64,000 bases of DNA from Cyanidioschyzon merolae (taxonomy: Eukaryota). Shown in pieces: positions 1-11,813 of this stretch. The notes under the pieces were generated by a model. The model ran no database searches. It worked only from the letters and a program-made list of their open reading frames with translations, and was not told the origin of the DNA. The number at the start of each line of letters is the position of its first letter. The first letter of the stretch is position 1. The position numbers and the translations under genes are program-made. The DNA lies in NCBI GenBank assembly GCA_000091205.1, contig AP006488.2; one strand, 5' to 3'.

Positions 1-1039
1 CTAGACGAAGGCTTTTGGATCTGGAGGATGATTGGAGTTCGGTAACGAACGTGGTATGACATGAATTTGAGGCGCCTTTCGAGCACATATGGGTCTTTTC
101 GATGACCGCTCTCCCCGAGCAGTATGATCTAGTTTTGCAGTCTTGGGTAAGCCATGGGCATCGCGTATGCGTTGCTTATCAGAAGAAGCGGTGTATATGC
201 TGTTGGATTGAGAGGTATACGTGATTGCCGAGATCGAGCTCGCTCTCGAGAGGGTACGCTACGAGCGGTCCGGTAACGCTCCTTCTAGCGATTGGCCCGG
301 GGAGGTCCTTGCGCAAGTCGCATCGCTCATCCTGTATATATGTAGCTGTTCACGATGATACCCCGTCACGTCGAACGTGTGCATCCACCTGTCCGCCGTT
401 CACAAGGAATAGAGCGTAACAAGCAGCAGCACGTGCGCTATAGTTGAGGGAGTTGTTGTTTGTGTCCTACTCACTCTTCTTCTTCTGCTACTGCTGCTGA
501 TGCTAAAGGACTATATTGGTATTGGATGCGACGGAACAAGCGGTAGGAATGGACGGGAAATCGATAGCTTCATGGAAGAACTTTCATGGATGAAAAGTGG
601 ACATTAAATGATCGCGCGTTTCCGCCTTCTCGGCACAGTGATATTTTCACCTTAAAAAGAGATATCCAATAGCAGATACCGTAACACTGGAACAGGAGCG
701 GCATCTCGACCAGATGCGCACGAGATCACGGGCGCATGCCTTCACCACAAGGGCTCATGCTTCAGTTTCTAACACGTTCCTCTGACTTTTTCCACGGTAT
801 AAGATCCATGATCCCAACCAGATTTCCTCTGGTGGCGCTCAAGCTACAGAGGAAAATGATAGAGGCCTCTGTGATTCGATCATATGGCTGCTCCAAGAAA
901 TGACGCACCTGTTCACGAGCGAAGACTCTGTCGACGGAAACGCAAACTGTACATGGAGTCCACGCATGTCTAGAGGTTTCCATTGATGGTGTAAAGAATC
1001 CTGGATCCAAACAAGGAATGTCTGGGGTGGCTATGTGTA

Positions 1040-2100
1040 GTAACCTCAAGCGCTCGAACACCTACAGGTTCCTATACTCTTTCAACTCAAGTACGTATCA
1101 TCCTTGAAGTGTCGTATACCACGAGATCAAAATCTCAACGCAATATACCGCACAGATCCAGGACGCATTGCCTCTAGTATATGTTCTTTACTGAACGGTG
1201 CAACGAGGACTGCACTTCTCTTTCTGGTCAGTCGTACCGCAGTACTCAGACCGTGGAAGAACGCTGGAAGAAAGAAGTATATGCGCTCCCCGCAAAAAAA
1301 CTGTCATTGTCAAAGCGTGAACGCGGCCAATTGTGGAAAACAACCTGTTGATTACATTACGGAAAGCAAAAGCGACGATGGTAGCCACCACGGAGTCCCT
1401 GTTTCTCAAGAGCTTGTTCCCGTGATCCTAAAAAAACTGGGGTGCAGTCGCCTAGAAGAGCCCTCATTCATGCACGGCTACATTGCATCGAAATCGCAAC
1501 GACAGCGTTCCTCGAACGCCGCGAACGGTATGAAGAACAGGTACGTTGGTTGGTTTTTTCAGTTGATGGGACTTTCTTCGGATGAAACGGCAAGAGCATA
1601 TGCGGGTATGCGCGGAGCAGGGAGCTCGTTATATTTACGATCAATCTCGAAGAGAGCGACGACGACGTCGACATCTGCTCTAGCTGCACTGAATTCATTT
1701 GGCGACCTCAGTTTCGCTCCTAGAGAAAGCTCATACAACAGCACCAATCACTTTGTCGAATCATTGAAGACTTTTCCTTCGCGTCTGGCCACGGCCTTCT
1801 CTTCAACAACGTGGTATTCAACCATTCTTCTTGCGTACAACCGTTTGATGAAGCTATCGGAGAAGAATTGAATTTCGTTCATCTGTGCTCTCCGTGGTTC
1901 GACAGTTTCTTAGGAGTGTTTTCTATCGTGGAAGGTAATGCTCTTCCACTGGAAGAATCGCAGAAGCGTTCAGCTCACAGTGACACACCCGGGCACATTT
2001 CGTCTTTCGGCCGCAAGTCCTTCTTCTTCAGGGAAGCTCCGCAACTAAAGACACCAATAGGTGCGTTCATTTGAAGAAATAAAAAGTCCAAGGGATGAGC
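1040..2100 (+). repeat. Dispersed repeat family R2, copy 1 (~1 kb, non-coding; boundaries approximate)
   Basis: By eye it aligns block-by-block with ~18590-19660 and ~25540-26640. Shared islands include gatggtagccaccacgg, tcaccagcttgttcg..ggtcctg, agtcgcc.aaaagagtcctaattc, gagaacgacgacat, ttctagctgcactgtattcatt, gctcatacaacagcaccaa and ccgcaagtcc.tct.cttc.ggg. The ORFs across it (1104..1871 and others) are not conserved between copies. Confidence 0.6.
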
Positions 2101-2533
2101 TTGCGAGGGAGGGGGGCGGGAACACACCAGAAGGTCGAGAAGGAGAAAAGACAGCCGAGCGCCTCTGCGATAGAAAAGCATGGACTGCTGGCAGAGCCGC
2201 AAATGGGACGGATGGCACGAGTTCGAGGACTATTTGCATTGATGAACTCAGCTAGCGGCAAGAAATGCATGGAGTTTCTGAACCGAGTCTTCAGCGCCGC
2301 CATCATGATCAGGAGATGTGCGTTGCTGGAGATGATACGCGCAGCTGACGCGAAGCAACTCTATCGGGCAATGTCCCAGGTTCGAGGTACGCTGGAATAG
2401 ACTGAAACCGCTAGCAGGGGCTGGCAATTTTTACTGGAAAGCGTCTGTGAGCAGATAGTCATTTAACCTATCGTCGCGAAACTTTTCCGCTCTACTGACT
2501 TGACTTCGTGGCACACACGCGCAGCGTACTAGG

Positions 2534-3583
2534 ATGAGGTGCGAAACGCGAGCTGTCGTTACTGGACTCTTTGTGTACCCCATAAAGTCGTGTCGAGGTA
2601 TCGCCATAGAGCAGAGCGCGCTCAGTCTTACGGGTTTGGCTTACGATAGGCTCTACGTCATCGGTCGCCCCGGGGTAGAGGACGGAGGCCGTACGGCGCG
2701 CTTCGTGTCTCAAAGACAAGAGCCGCAGCTATGCCAGCTTGTTCCCGAGCTCGACCTCGAGAGCAGCACCTTGAGGGTGCGCTCGAAGGTAAGACCCGAG
2801 CTGGAGCCGCTGGAGCTGCCATTGGAGGTGTCCAAGGAACGCACCGCCGACACTCAAGTGCGCATCTGGAGCGACATCGTACCCGCAATCGACTTTGGCG
2901 GTGAAGACTGGTTCGCTGCTGCGCTGGACGATCAACTGTCGTATCCAGTTCATATCTACCGAATGCCGGCGACGTTCGAGCGGACTGTTGACCCGGAGCG
3001 GGCGTTCCTGTCGCCGTCATTCGACAGCGTGGTGGGCTTTGCCGACGCGTTTCCCGTATTGCTAACCTCGATGCAGTCGCTTGCGGAGTTAAACCGACGA
3101 ATAGCTTCTCAGTCTGGGGTGGCCCACCAAGTGCCCATGAGTCGCTTCAGACCAAATATTGTCATTGACGCGCTGCCGCTCAATGAGGAACGAGTCTCAG
3201 CAGTGCAGCGCAGGTCTCTGGAGCCCTTCGAGGAGGACACCTGGAAACGAATCCAAATCGGAGAGCAGGTCACGCTTCTAGTCGCGAAGCCTTGCAGTCG
3301 TTGCCGAATCACGACGACAGATCAGGATACCGGCCGGGTAGATGATGCATTTCGGGAGCCGCTGCGCACCCTAGAAACTTTTCGCAAACAACCCCTTGGG
3401 CTGATATTTGGTCAGAATTTGGCACCGGAATACCCACGGCGATCTGGACAGCTTCTTCGTGTCGGTGATGTAGTGCAGGTGCTCGAGTGGCAGACCAACG
3501 ATTCTTCACCGTGGTGGTGGCAGCGGCTCTATCGCGGTTTCTGGGGACGTGCGTCCCGCCCTGAGCGTCCAACGGCGTCGTAG
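2534..3583 (+). CDS. MOSC-domain protein (mARC-like; MOSC_N beta-barrel plus MOSC domain)
   Basis: A 349-aa uninterrupted ORF. The N-terminus LFVYPIKSCRG is typical of the MOSC_N beta-barrel. The conserved cysteine context KPCSRCRITTTDQDTG matches the MOSC domain of mARC/MOCOS C-terminus proteins. Confidence 0.8.
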   Translation: MRCETRAVVTGLFVYPIKSCRGIAIEQSALSLTGLAYDRLYVIGRPGVEDGGRTARFVSQRQEPQLCQLVPELDLESSTLRVRSKVRPELEPLELPLEVSKERTADTQVRIWSDIVPAIDFGGEDWFAAALDDQLSYPVHIYRMPATFERTVDPERAFLSPSFDSVVGFADAFPVLLTSMQSLAELNRRIASQSGVAHQVPMSRFRPNIVIDALPLNEERVSAVQRRSLEPFEEDTWKRIQIGEQVTLLVAKPCSRCRITTTDQDTGRVDDAFREPLRTLETFRKQPLGLIFGQNLAPEYPRRSGQLLRVGDVVQVLEWQTNDSSPWWWQRLYRGFWGRASRPERPTAS

Positions 3584-5581
3584 CGAAGGAGCGCGCGACT
3601 GCTGCCTCACAGAGCAGGGACTCGCGGACACCAAAACCAGCTTGAACGTGGCATGCCGTTGATCTGGACAGGTTATGAACGCTCGTGACACCCATCTGGG
3701 CACCATGGTTGTGCAACCTGTACCGGACACGGTTCATTTTGCGCTGCAAGCGACCTGTATGCATTCGGGCGGAGGCGATCCTGCCCGATACGCAAGTCCA
3801 AAGCGTGTCCGCAGCAGCGCTCGGCCCGTGGTGCACACCACGTCGCATACGCTGCGCACTGGATTCACGATACATAGTCTGGCAACGCAGTCAGCAGTGT
3901 AGGCGTCGCATGGGCTGCGCACTGAGGTCACGTCAGTAACATGGGATAGGCTCCGGTTGCACAGGAGACGCATGATCCCCAGCGCAAGCTGCAGTATCCT
4001 CGCCGTCGATGCGGATCATCGCGCGCATACAGGCCTCCATGTGAGCAACTTTGTCAACAGCAATCCCTGGACAAACACACCACAACAGTTCGGCAGCGGT
4101 ACGCAGCGGGACGGGGTATGAAACACCCTCATTCTTGTCCAGAATCGATGCTCGCGGCAGGGAGCGTACATCCACGTGCTGCAGTTCGATAGCGCGCGGC
4201 GTGTGACAAACCCACTGATGCACTCGTCGGCGACGCACAACGCTATTGCTTCGACTGGTGTGAACGCCGTACCGCGCTCGTTGCGTCAAGCGTGAAGCCT
4301 GCACCGTGTCCTCAGGGACCTGTTCCCCGAACCGGGCAACCGCAAGCGTAACCGATGCGCAACGTCCGCAACGCTACGTTGCCCAGCACGGTGTCATATA
4401 CCGAAAGCCGAGTGCATGGTATCGGGATTCGCAGTTTGCACGAACTGAAAAGCGAACGTAAACGTCAGTTTTATGCAGTCATTCACTTCATGTTTTCAGC
4501 GACTGAGTTCATCCCAAATGGTTTATCTCTACGCCTGCACAGAAACGCCACCAAACACTCGCCCTAGCCTGCAAGGCACTGTTGCGATCGCCATCACTAT
4601 GAGATGAGCGAAATGGCCTCCAAACGCATACCGTGGCACGCGCACAGCACGCTTTCGCTGCACCGATATGGATTTCGTTGCTAGCACTCTGTGGCATCCT
4701 GGAATTTGTGTTGATCGCCTCAAAAGCGAACCAAAGCAAGAGATGTGCTGGAAACCTTGGCAAGGGTTCCGCGTACCGACCAGAGCAGTCTGGCGGGAAG
4801 CTCCCGACGATCTGCCGGCAATGTAGGCACTCGATTTTACATCATGCTCGAAGACTCGCTTTTTATCCTGCAGGTGCACGTAGATGTGCGACAAGCGCAT
4901 GAACAGTAGCTGAAACCGCAATTGCCTCACCAGGAAACCTAATAAATTCACAATGCGTCAATGCACAAGCACTCAACTACACATACCATCAGTCTACTAT
5001 CGTACGTTGCATCCATCAAACAAGGCGTCCTCTGAGCGCGCACATGCCCTGGTACCCAAGGCCAGCACGTCCACCCGATCGTTCGATATCCATGCGCATC
5101 CATCCAGGTTGCGTGTCCTTCTAGTGCGTGCCCGCGCTCGCATACGCAACTGCAGCACACGCAGCTGGGAAAAGAATGCCCCCGCGCATGATCATCGCCA
5201 TCATGATCTGTATGCTTGCACAGTCGTATGCGCAGACGCAGCAGCATCACGAAGTCCTATATGGCATACATGAACCCTAAATGATTAAGATCTCTACATC
5301 GCCGGCGATTGATGCGCGCGGCCTCACGTCGACGACGGGCGATGCGATCGCAGGCGAGCGCGTCTGGCCTCCGTCGATGCTCGACGGAAGGCGCCGCAGC
5401 GAGCACGCACACAACGAGCCGCAGCGAATTGCGCAGCGCCTTGGACGATCCCGTAGACACTTGGCGTGTTGGTGTCGATATCCCCAAACGCGCGATAGGC
5501 CTACCGCTCGAGGGCGTGGTCCGTGTCTGTGTGTGTCGAGGTAATTTGTTTCAACATTCCTTACTTAAATTGAAGCGCAAA

Positions 5582-6916
5582 ATGGTGCTGGGCTTTAACG
5601 TTGCTGGAGCTGTGCGAACAACAGCGGTGCGGGAGCGGCCACCGGTCTGCGGTGTAGGGGCTCAGAGCTCGCGCTTTCGCGGTGACACTATGGTAAGCGT
5701 GGCGAGGACTCGCGCGTTTCTCGCGGTGCCGCCTTTGCGCAGTACACGCTTGCCCAAACCAACACGACAGACATGGCTGCACATGCAAACGTCGACGATG
5801 CAGAAAGCGCGCTATGCGGAGAAAGCACCGCGAGGCGTCCACAAAGAAGCTGCCGTCGGTGCTGTCAAGTCGGAGGCGCTTCAGCGCAAAAACATTCAGC
5901 GTCCAGTGATGGTCGGCGTTGCGGCTGACTCTGGGGCGGGCAAGTCTACCTTCTTGCGCCGTGTGATGCGCATGTTCGGCTCCGATATACCCAAAGGTCA
6001 TACGCCGCAGGGTGAGCTTATCACGGTTATCTGCTTGGATGATTGGCATAATCGCGATCGCCAGGGCCGCAAAGAGGATAACATCACGGCTTTGGATGAA
6101 AACTGCCAGAATTTTGACCTGATGGCAGAGCAGCTTGAGGCGCTCAAGAATGGATTCGATATCATGAAGCCTATCTACAACCATGAGACCGGGCGGATCG
6201 ATCCACCCGAGCTCGTTTCTCCGAACCACATCGTGGTTGTCGAGGGTCTACACCCCATGTACGATGAACGAGTGCGCAAACTGCTGGATTTCTCGGTATA
6301 CCTCGACCTGGATGATGAAGTGAAAATCGCGTGGAAGATCCAGCGTGATATGGCAGAGCGTGGCCACACACTGGAGGCCATCCTTGCATCTATAGAGGCC
6401 CGCAAACCCGATTTTGAACGGTTTATCTTGCCGCAACGACAGTATGCGGATGCCGTCATCCAAGTGAAGCCAACCGAGCTCATACCAGAGGACAAAGAAC
6501 GGAAGATTCTGAAAGTTCGCCTCTTGCAACGCGAAGGCGTGCAAGGTTTCAAGACCGCCTACCTCTTTGATGAAGGATCGACGATCGAATGGATCCCATG
6601 CGGACGACGTCTGACCTGCTCCTACCCTGGCATCAAGTTCCACTACGGCCCCGAGAGCTTTTACGGTGCAGACTTTTCGACCATTGAGGTGGACGGCGAG
6701 TTTGCCAAGCTCGAGGAGCTCGTCTACATTGAGTCACATCTGTCAAACACCGGTACCAAATACTATGGTGAGCTCACCCAGCTCATGCTGGCAGCGCAGA
6801 ACACGCCCGGAGCCTACAACGGAACAGCATTATTCCAGACGATCATCGCTTTGAAGATTCGTGAGATCTACGAACAATTAACTGGTCGCAAGGTGGACCC
6901 CGTGGTGCGATCGTGA
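5582..6916 (+). CDS. PRK: Phosphoribulokinase (Calvin-cycle PRK), probably with an N-terminal plastid-targeting extension. The ORF is open from 5309; alternative starts are at 5582 and 5690.
   Basis: The P-loop VMVGVAADSGAGKSTFLRR is followed by near-collinear identity to plant/algal PRK: ITVICLDDWH, KPIYNHETGRIDPPEL, VVEGLHPMYDERVRKLLDFSVYLDLDDEVKIAWKIQRDMAERGHTLEAI, ARKPDFERFILPQRQYADAVIQV, YLFDEGSTIEWIPCGRRLTCSYPGIKF, ESHLSNTGTKYYGE, GTALFQTIIALKIREIYEQL. Confidence 0.9.
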   Translation: MVLGFNVAGAVRTTAVRERPPVCGVGAQSSRFRGDTMVSVARTRAFLAVPPLRSTRLPKPTRQTWLHMQTSTMQKARYAEKAPRGVHKEAAVGAVKSEALQRKNIQRPVMVGVAADSGAGKSTFLRRVMRMFGSDIPKGHTPQGELITVICLDDWHNRDRQGRKEDNITALDENCQNFDLMAEQLEALKNGFDIMKPIYNHETGRIDPPELVSPNHIVVVEGLHPMYDERVRKLLDFSVYLDLDDEVKIAWKIQRDMAERGHTLEAILASIEARKPDFERFILPQRQYADAVIQVKPTELIPEDKERKILKVRLLQREGVQGFKTAYLFDEGSTIEWIPCGRRLTCSYPGIKFHYGPESFYGADFSTIEVDGEFAKLEELVYIESHLSNTGTKYYGELTQLMLAAQNTPGAYNGTALFQTIIALKIREIYEQLTGRKVDPVVRS

Positions 6917-7830
6917 CCATCCTGAACCGAAACGTTGCTCGTTTCGACATTTAGCTCACGTGAGTGCGCTCTATCACGGCAAAGGTAAAGTTGGTTCGGA
7001 ACGACGTTCGTTTCCTCCCGTACTGAGACTTGATTTCGTTGCGGAACACGGCAGTGATACCGTGTTCCCTGAGGACGCGCAGCCATTTTCGCAGGTACTA
7101 TGGCTGTGCGCCGGGCGTCTCAAAAGCACTGCAGACGATCTGTGCAGAGGCTGGCGCTTCCTTTCAGCGGCTGCTATGCACTCAACCTGTGCGATGGAAA
7201 CCTGCTGTACAGCCTCGAGTCGTGCTCCAGGGCGAGAACGCAACTAGACACGCGTCCAAGGTTCGCTTACGCTCGAAAGCATCATCGACTCAAATCTGGA
7301 AGTTGAAGCGAGCGTTTGGGGCCAAACGCAGCCTTGTTCTTCTATAAAAGTGTCACACCAGTAGGAATAAGCAGTCGTGAGAAGATGCATCGCGCAGCGA
7401 GACTGTGTCGCATCAATCGTTATGCGAGGTCCACGAACTCGCTGCCTCGTTTGGAGTCTCCCTTAACCGTTTCCAGTGCAAAAAAGGTATCGTTGCAGTC
7501 GATGAACTTCAGGATAAGCAGCTAGAGCGCTAGGGGACCTCTCGTAACCGATTCGTAACGACGTCACTCGTTTCCGGCGCGACAAGCCACCGTTGCTGCG
7601 TATGGACAGAAGCAACTGCTGCTGCAGGCGCAGAGCTACAGAACAGTTCGAAGCAGGATCACCTGCACTTGGACGTCCTGAGAAACAAGCTGTAGTCTCG
7701 CTGTGAACACTAGGGAGACCGCCAGTTTTGCAGGGCGATCGCACTGCAGATACCAAGCACCAGACACACCGTTAGCTCGACAGCCTGCAACCGACCTTTA
7801 GAATACTCTTCAGAGGCACTAGGCCGTCTC

Positions 7831-9945
7831 ATGGGTGTCTGTTGGAGTGATTCGGAGGAATCCAGTACGAAAAAACGGCCTCGTTCGAGAGTGGTCCCTG
7901 AATTAACGCTGCAACCTCGAGGCAGGACGAGCCCTGAGGAGCGTGCTCAGGGAAACGTTCGCTCCGCAGCCGCAGCTACAACCTTCGTACTGCATAGCGT
8001 GAGCCGGAACGCACTTTCCACTTCGCAGCACGAGCAGCACGAGCAGCAACCGCAGCAACCGCAGCAACCGCAGCAACAGCAGCTATGGGGACACCCGCTA
8101 AAGCCCAAGGCGGCAGAGACCATCTTCAACCTTCCGTCTTGCGACTTGGTGCGATTTCTTGGCCAGGGGATGCTCGGTACCGTGGTATTGGTGCGCGAAC
8201 GCGCGACTGGCAAGTTCTATGCCGTCAAAGTCATGTCGCTGCAACGTGTGCGGCAACGCGGGCAGGAACGCAACGTCCAGCTGGAACTTGAAATAGTGCG
8301 CAACTGCGGGGCACACCCATTTATCGTGAAAGTCGAGGCCGGGTACCAGACTCGCCAGGCGCTGGTGCTGGTGCTCGAGTATGTCAGCGGAGGCGACATG
8401 TACAACCTACTAGAGCGCTACCGATGCATTCCAGAGGACGCACTTCGTTTCTATGTCGCTGAGTTAGCGCTGGCACTCGGGCATTTGCATGCGCGCGGTT
8501 ATGTCTGCCGCGACCTCAAAGTGGAGAATGTACTTATCGATAGCCGAGGTCATGTGCGTCTAACGGACTTTGGCTTGGCAGGTCGCGATGCCGACGGCTG
8601 CACTGATCGCAGTGGCACACCGATCTACCAGGCACCAGAGGTGCTGCGAGGCGAACGCCATGGCCGTCAAGTCGACTGGTGGGCACTCGGCATTCTCGCC
8701 TACTTCTTGCTGGCAGGTACACCGCCCTATTACGCGCCAACCGAGCGGGAGGTCTATCGCATGATTCTGGACGAACGCTCCGAGCCAGCGTGGCAAGGTG
8801 GTTACATGACCGGGGCCAGTGCGGTATGCAAGGATTTCCTGCGTCGTCTTATGGATCGAAATCCGCGGACTAGGCTCGGCAGCGGGGCCAGCGGCACAGC
8901 TGACGACGTCGACGAGGTCTTGGCACATCCGTTCTTCTCTGGGGTCTCTCGACGGTGGCTCACGGAACGCGGGAATGTGTCACCCACACTGCTTAGTATG
9001 ATGAGGGACGATGATCAGCCTGGCATTGATGTGGATAAATTCTTACGATATCAAGTGGTTCCACCGCTGGAGCCGGCAAAGCAACCAGCAGCGGATTTTG
9101 AACCTGTAGATGAGGATGTTCTACGAGCGGATGAGAATTTGTACGCTGCGCTGACGGGTGATAATCGCCCCCAGGCCCAGCATCTTGCCAATATGGTTCA
9201 AACCTCCACTGAATCGATGGCTAGGGCGAAGCTGACCACTGAGAACGCGTTCGTTCCCGGTTACAAGGTGTATTTCTGGGGGGAGCACCATGGCGATGTG
9301 GTCGCCAACAGAGCGACCCGCCGCAGCCCATGGAGGTCGGGGTCCAGGCACGGGTTGGGACGACGCTCACCTCTAGCTCACGCAAGAGCCAGTGAAGTTG
9401 CTGTGCCACCTCTCGCCGTCCAGCGGACATACTCGATGCCTGCCTGGATTGGAACAGTTGACCAGGACAGGGCCGAGCGGTCTCCGACGGAGCGTCGCCC
9501 GTATAGCGGTCGCACCGATCAGAACAGCGCCGTTGCTCAGGCGTTCGGAATCACATCCACGACTGGCAGCAGTATTCAGCGTCACCGAGAGCATGACTTG
9601 AAAGCATTTCGTTCAGCGAAGACGCTCGGAAAGCTGTGGATGCGACTGGGTAGGCAGCAACGCTTGGCGATCCGCTCTGACGGAGATGCGGAAGAGTTGG
9701 TGCTACCCACGTCCGTATCCAGCTCTGACGTTAGCGCTATGCATGGAAACGTGGATAACGACGCAGACGAGGAGTCGAGTGGCATATGGGAAATTTCGGA
9801 GGCACAGGAGACGCCCCATGCGGGCGCGAGTCGATCACGTACTTCGATCGGCTTGAATTTTAGCCGCACCCGTCAGTATCTCTTCGAGCGGACCTGGACG
9901 GGCACCGATGATGACGAAGGTCGCGTCTACCGCCTAGCGGGGTAG
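7831..9945 (+). CDS. AGC-family Ser/Thr protein kinase with an N-terminal Q-rich tract and a long low-complexity C-terminal tail
   Basis: A 704-aa ORF. Kinase subdomains: LGQGMLGTVVLV (Gly loop), FYAVKVM (VAIK), HARGYVCRDLKVENVLID (HRD), LTDFGLA (DFG), GTPIYQAPEV (APE), DWWALGIL. An AGC-type C-terminal extension follows (VLAHPFFSGVSRRW). A polyQ stretch QHEQHEQQPQQPQQPQQQQ precedes the catalytic domain. Confidence 0.8.
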   Translation: MGVCWSDSEESSTKKRPRSRVVPELTLQPRGRTSPEERAQGNVRSAAAATTFVLHSVSRNALSTSQHEQHEQQPQQPQQPQQQQLWGHPLKPKAAETIFNLPSCDLVRFLGQGMLGTVVLVRERATGKFYAVKVMSLQRVRQRGQERNVQLELEIVRNCGAHPFIVKVEAGYQTRQALVLVLEYVSGGDMYNLLERYRCIPEDALRFYVAELALALGHLHARGYVCRDLKVENVLIDSRGHVRLTDFGLAGRDADGCTDRSGTPIYQAPEVLRGERHGRQVDWWALGILAYFLLAGTPPYYAPTEREVYRMILDERSEPAWQGGYMTGASAVCKDFLRRLMDRNPRTRLGSGASGTADDVDEVLAHPFFSGVSRRWLTERGNVSPTLLSMMRDDDQPGIDVDKFLRYQVVPPLEPAKQPAADFEPVDEDVLRADENLYAALTGDNRPQAQHLANMVQTSTESMARAKLTTENAFVPGYKVYFWGEHHGDVVANRATRRSPWRSGSRHGLGRRSPLAHARASEVAVPPLAVQRTYSMPAWIGTVDQDRAERSPTERRPYSGRTDQNSAVAQAFGITSTTGSSIQRHREHDLKAFRSAKTLGKLWMRLGRQQRLAIRSDGDAEELVLPTSVSSSDVSAMHGNVDNDADEESSGIWEISEAQETPHAGASRSRTSIGLNFSRTRQYLFERTWTGTDDDEGRVYRLAG
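8025..8085 (+). repeat. CAG/CAA/CCG trinucleotide repeat tract encoding the polyQ/QP stretch of the kinase
   Basis: cagcacgagcagcacgagcagcaaccgcagcaaccgcagcaaccgcagcaacagcag, read directly from the sequence. Confidence 0.85.
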
Positions 9946-10804
9946 CACGAGTGTCGGGCAACCAAGAAATACCCATATGTTCATGTTTTTCCCAAAAGCT
10001 GTGTGCAGGCAGGAAACGTTACGAGCACTGCGTTTGTCGCAAAACAGCGAACGGCGACACCGAGCCACCCTTCGGTATGCTCTGATCGATCCAGGCTGTG
10101 TCGCCTTCTTCTGCCACGACGATGGGGTCGGAGGTATCTAGAACTAGATATCCGTGAGTTCAGTGTATTCAGCAAAGCTGGGAGCGCACCTGCTTCCCCA
10201 ACCATCATGGGACGCTCATAAGGACACCAGCCACGGCTACAGCACAGGGCCAAGCTACTGGACTACTCTACCAGCAGATGCAGCGGTAGAGCTGACGGAC
10301 TCTGGCGCGCGCTGTCCGGGTGTACACTCATATGCAACACAAAACCCTGGTAGCCACTGGTGGATCCATTAATCGTATCCTTATTCACGACCCCGAGACG
10401 TGTTTGGAGTTCGTGAAACGCAAAAGCCGCTGTATACTGGAGCGATGGACTTCAGGATTTGGCCACCAGCATCAGTGGCGAACCTATGTGGATATGAATT
10501 GCTGTATTCATTCCACATCTTAAAGAGCTTTCTAACCATCGCCGCACACTGGAACAGTGGCTTGGCCGGGAAATACCTCTGCTTTTTCGCCTTTGTGATC
10601 AGTTTGTGGCGGCGGTAGCAGTGGCTGCGAATCCAGCGTCTGAGGCATGTTTGTTCGTGCAGGGTCGCTAGAGCAATCCAGCCTCTACCCCCTATGAGAG
10701 CGCTTCTCTAGGACTAGAGAAAATACCTCATATTCAGGGCGGAGGCGTGGTCTATTTCCGGGTTGTAGGCAAAAGCAGTGGATCCGGAGTAACCCAGCCC
10801 GAGA

Positions 10805-10950
10805 CATCGATTCGCTGATAATCATAACAGCGTTTCTCTGGGATCCAATATCGTTTAAATGAAGCAGGGATCATCGATTCGCTGATAATCATAATAGCGT
10901 TTCTATGGGATGCAATTTCGTTTAAATCAAGCAGGGATCATCGATTCCAC
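10805..10950. repeat. Tandem repeat: 67-bp unit x ~2.2 copies (minisatellite-like), intergenic
   Basis: The unit catcgattcgctgataatcataacagcgtttctctgggatccaatatcgtttaaatgaagcagggat starts at 10805. The second unit is at 10872 with ~6 mismatches. A partial third unit at 10939 diverges after catcgattc. Confidence 0.85.
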
Positions 10951-11813
10951 GATGACCATCGAGGTGTTTCCACGGGGCGCATAGATGCACGCTCCCAGAT
11001 GGGCTCGATACTGTACGACTGCCTCTGGCACACACACTGCGAACGCAAGGCGCCAATCCTGCATAGGAGAAAAGGTTTTGTGGCGTTTCGTCTAGCTACC
11101 CAGCGTTTACAAGGTACCTCTCACGAGCTCAAGTAAAGGGTTACCTGACGCGGCTCCAGGTGCTTATCCGGGGCGGCAAAAGAGTGGTTCCTCGCGCTGC
11201 ATCTCAGCGTGAAGATTTCTTGGTGGAAAACGCGTTGGCGCAGCGCGCTCCGTCGTTTGCTTCTCCGCGAGGTGCAGCATCGATATCCTTCAAACCCTGA
11301 TGACTCCCTGGCCGGACTGGCGGGAGGCGTTCCCGAGCTGGGCGCGGCAGTTCCGATACGGTGTTTGGATATTGCTGGCAGTCTTGCTATTTATCCATAT
11401 TTTGGCGTTCTGGGGTACTTTGTGGCTGCTTCAGAACCAGTCCAACCGCACAGAGCGACCAAAGCAGGAATAGAGAACGCTGCTCAGTACTGGGCGGCCT
11501 TATGGCACTCTACCAGAGATGCGAGCGGGCATACTTCGGATGAAAATGGTTACCAAGTTGCTGCAACAGGTCTTTGTGCTGGAGCAAGCGCGTGCTAGGC
11601 CTGGGCCAGGGGATTGAACGCGGAAATACTTTAAAACTCTCAAAATTGCGAGCGAGCCGTTGCACATACGGTGCGGAGCCGGAGGTCACGCCCTAAATTA
11701 GTGTCTAACAGGCTGTGGATGCGATCTGAAAAGCGCTTTGCACCGCTGTGCAGGCTTTTGCCCTCGCAATGCGCTCCGCTTCGACTCATGGTTCGCGTTT
11801 CACATCCTGCTTT

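Noticed and set aside
1104-1871. 255-aa ORF spanning R2 copy 1
   Set aside because: The corresponding regions of R2 copies 2 and 3 are interrupted by stops and frameshifts. No domain was recognised, so this is most likely a chance ORF in repeat DNA.
3600-5300. Cluster of 60-140-aa ORFs between the MOSC and PRK genes
   Set aside because: None shows recognisable motifs and several overlap on both strands. The segment is most simply 3'UTR, intergenic spacer and PRK promoter.
5561-6229. 222-aa minus-strand ORF overlapping PRK
   Set aside because: It lies entirely antisense to the strongly conserved PRK reading frame. No homology was recognised.
11300-11473. 57-aa ORF MTPWPDWREAFPSWARQFRYGVWILLAVLLFIHILAFWGTLWLLQNQ... 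with one predicted TM helix
   Set aside because: It is below the ORF-track threshold and has no confident family assignment (superficial PWP similarity to SPCS1 only). It is kept as a possible micro-protein but not called.
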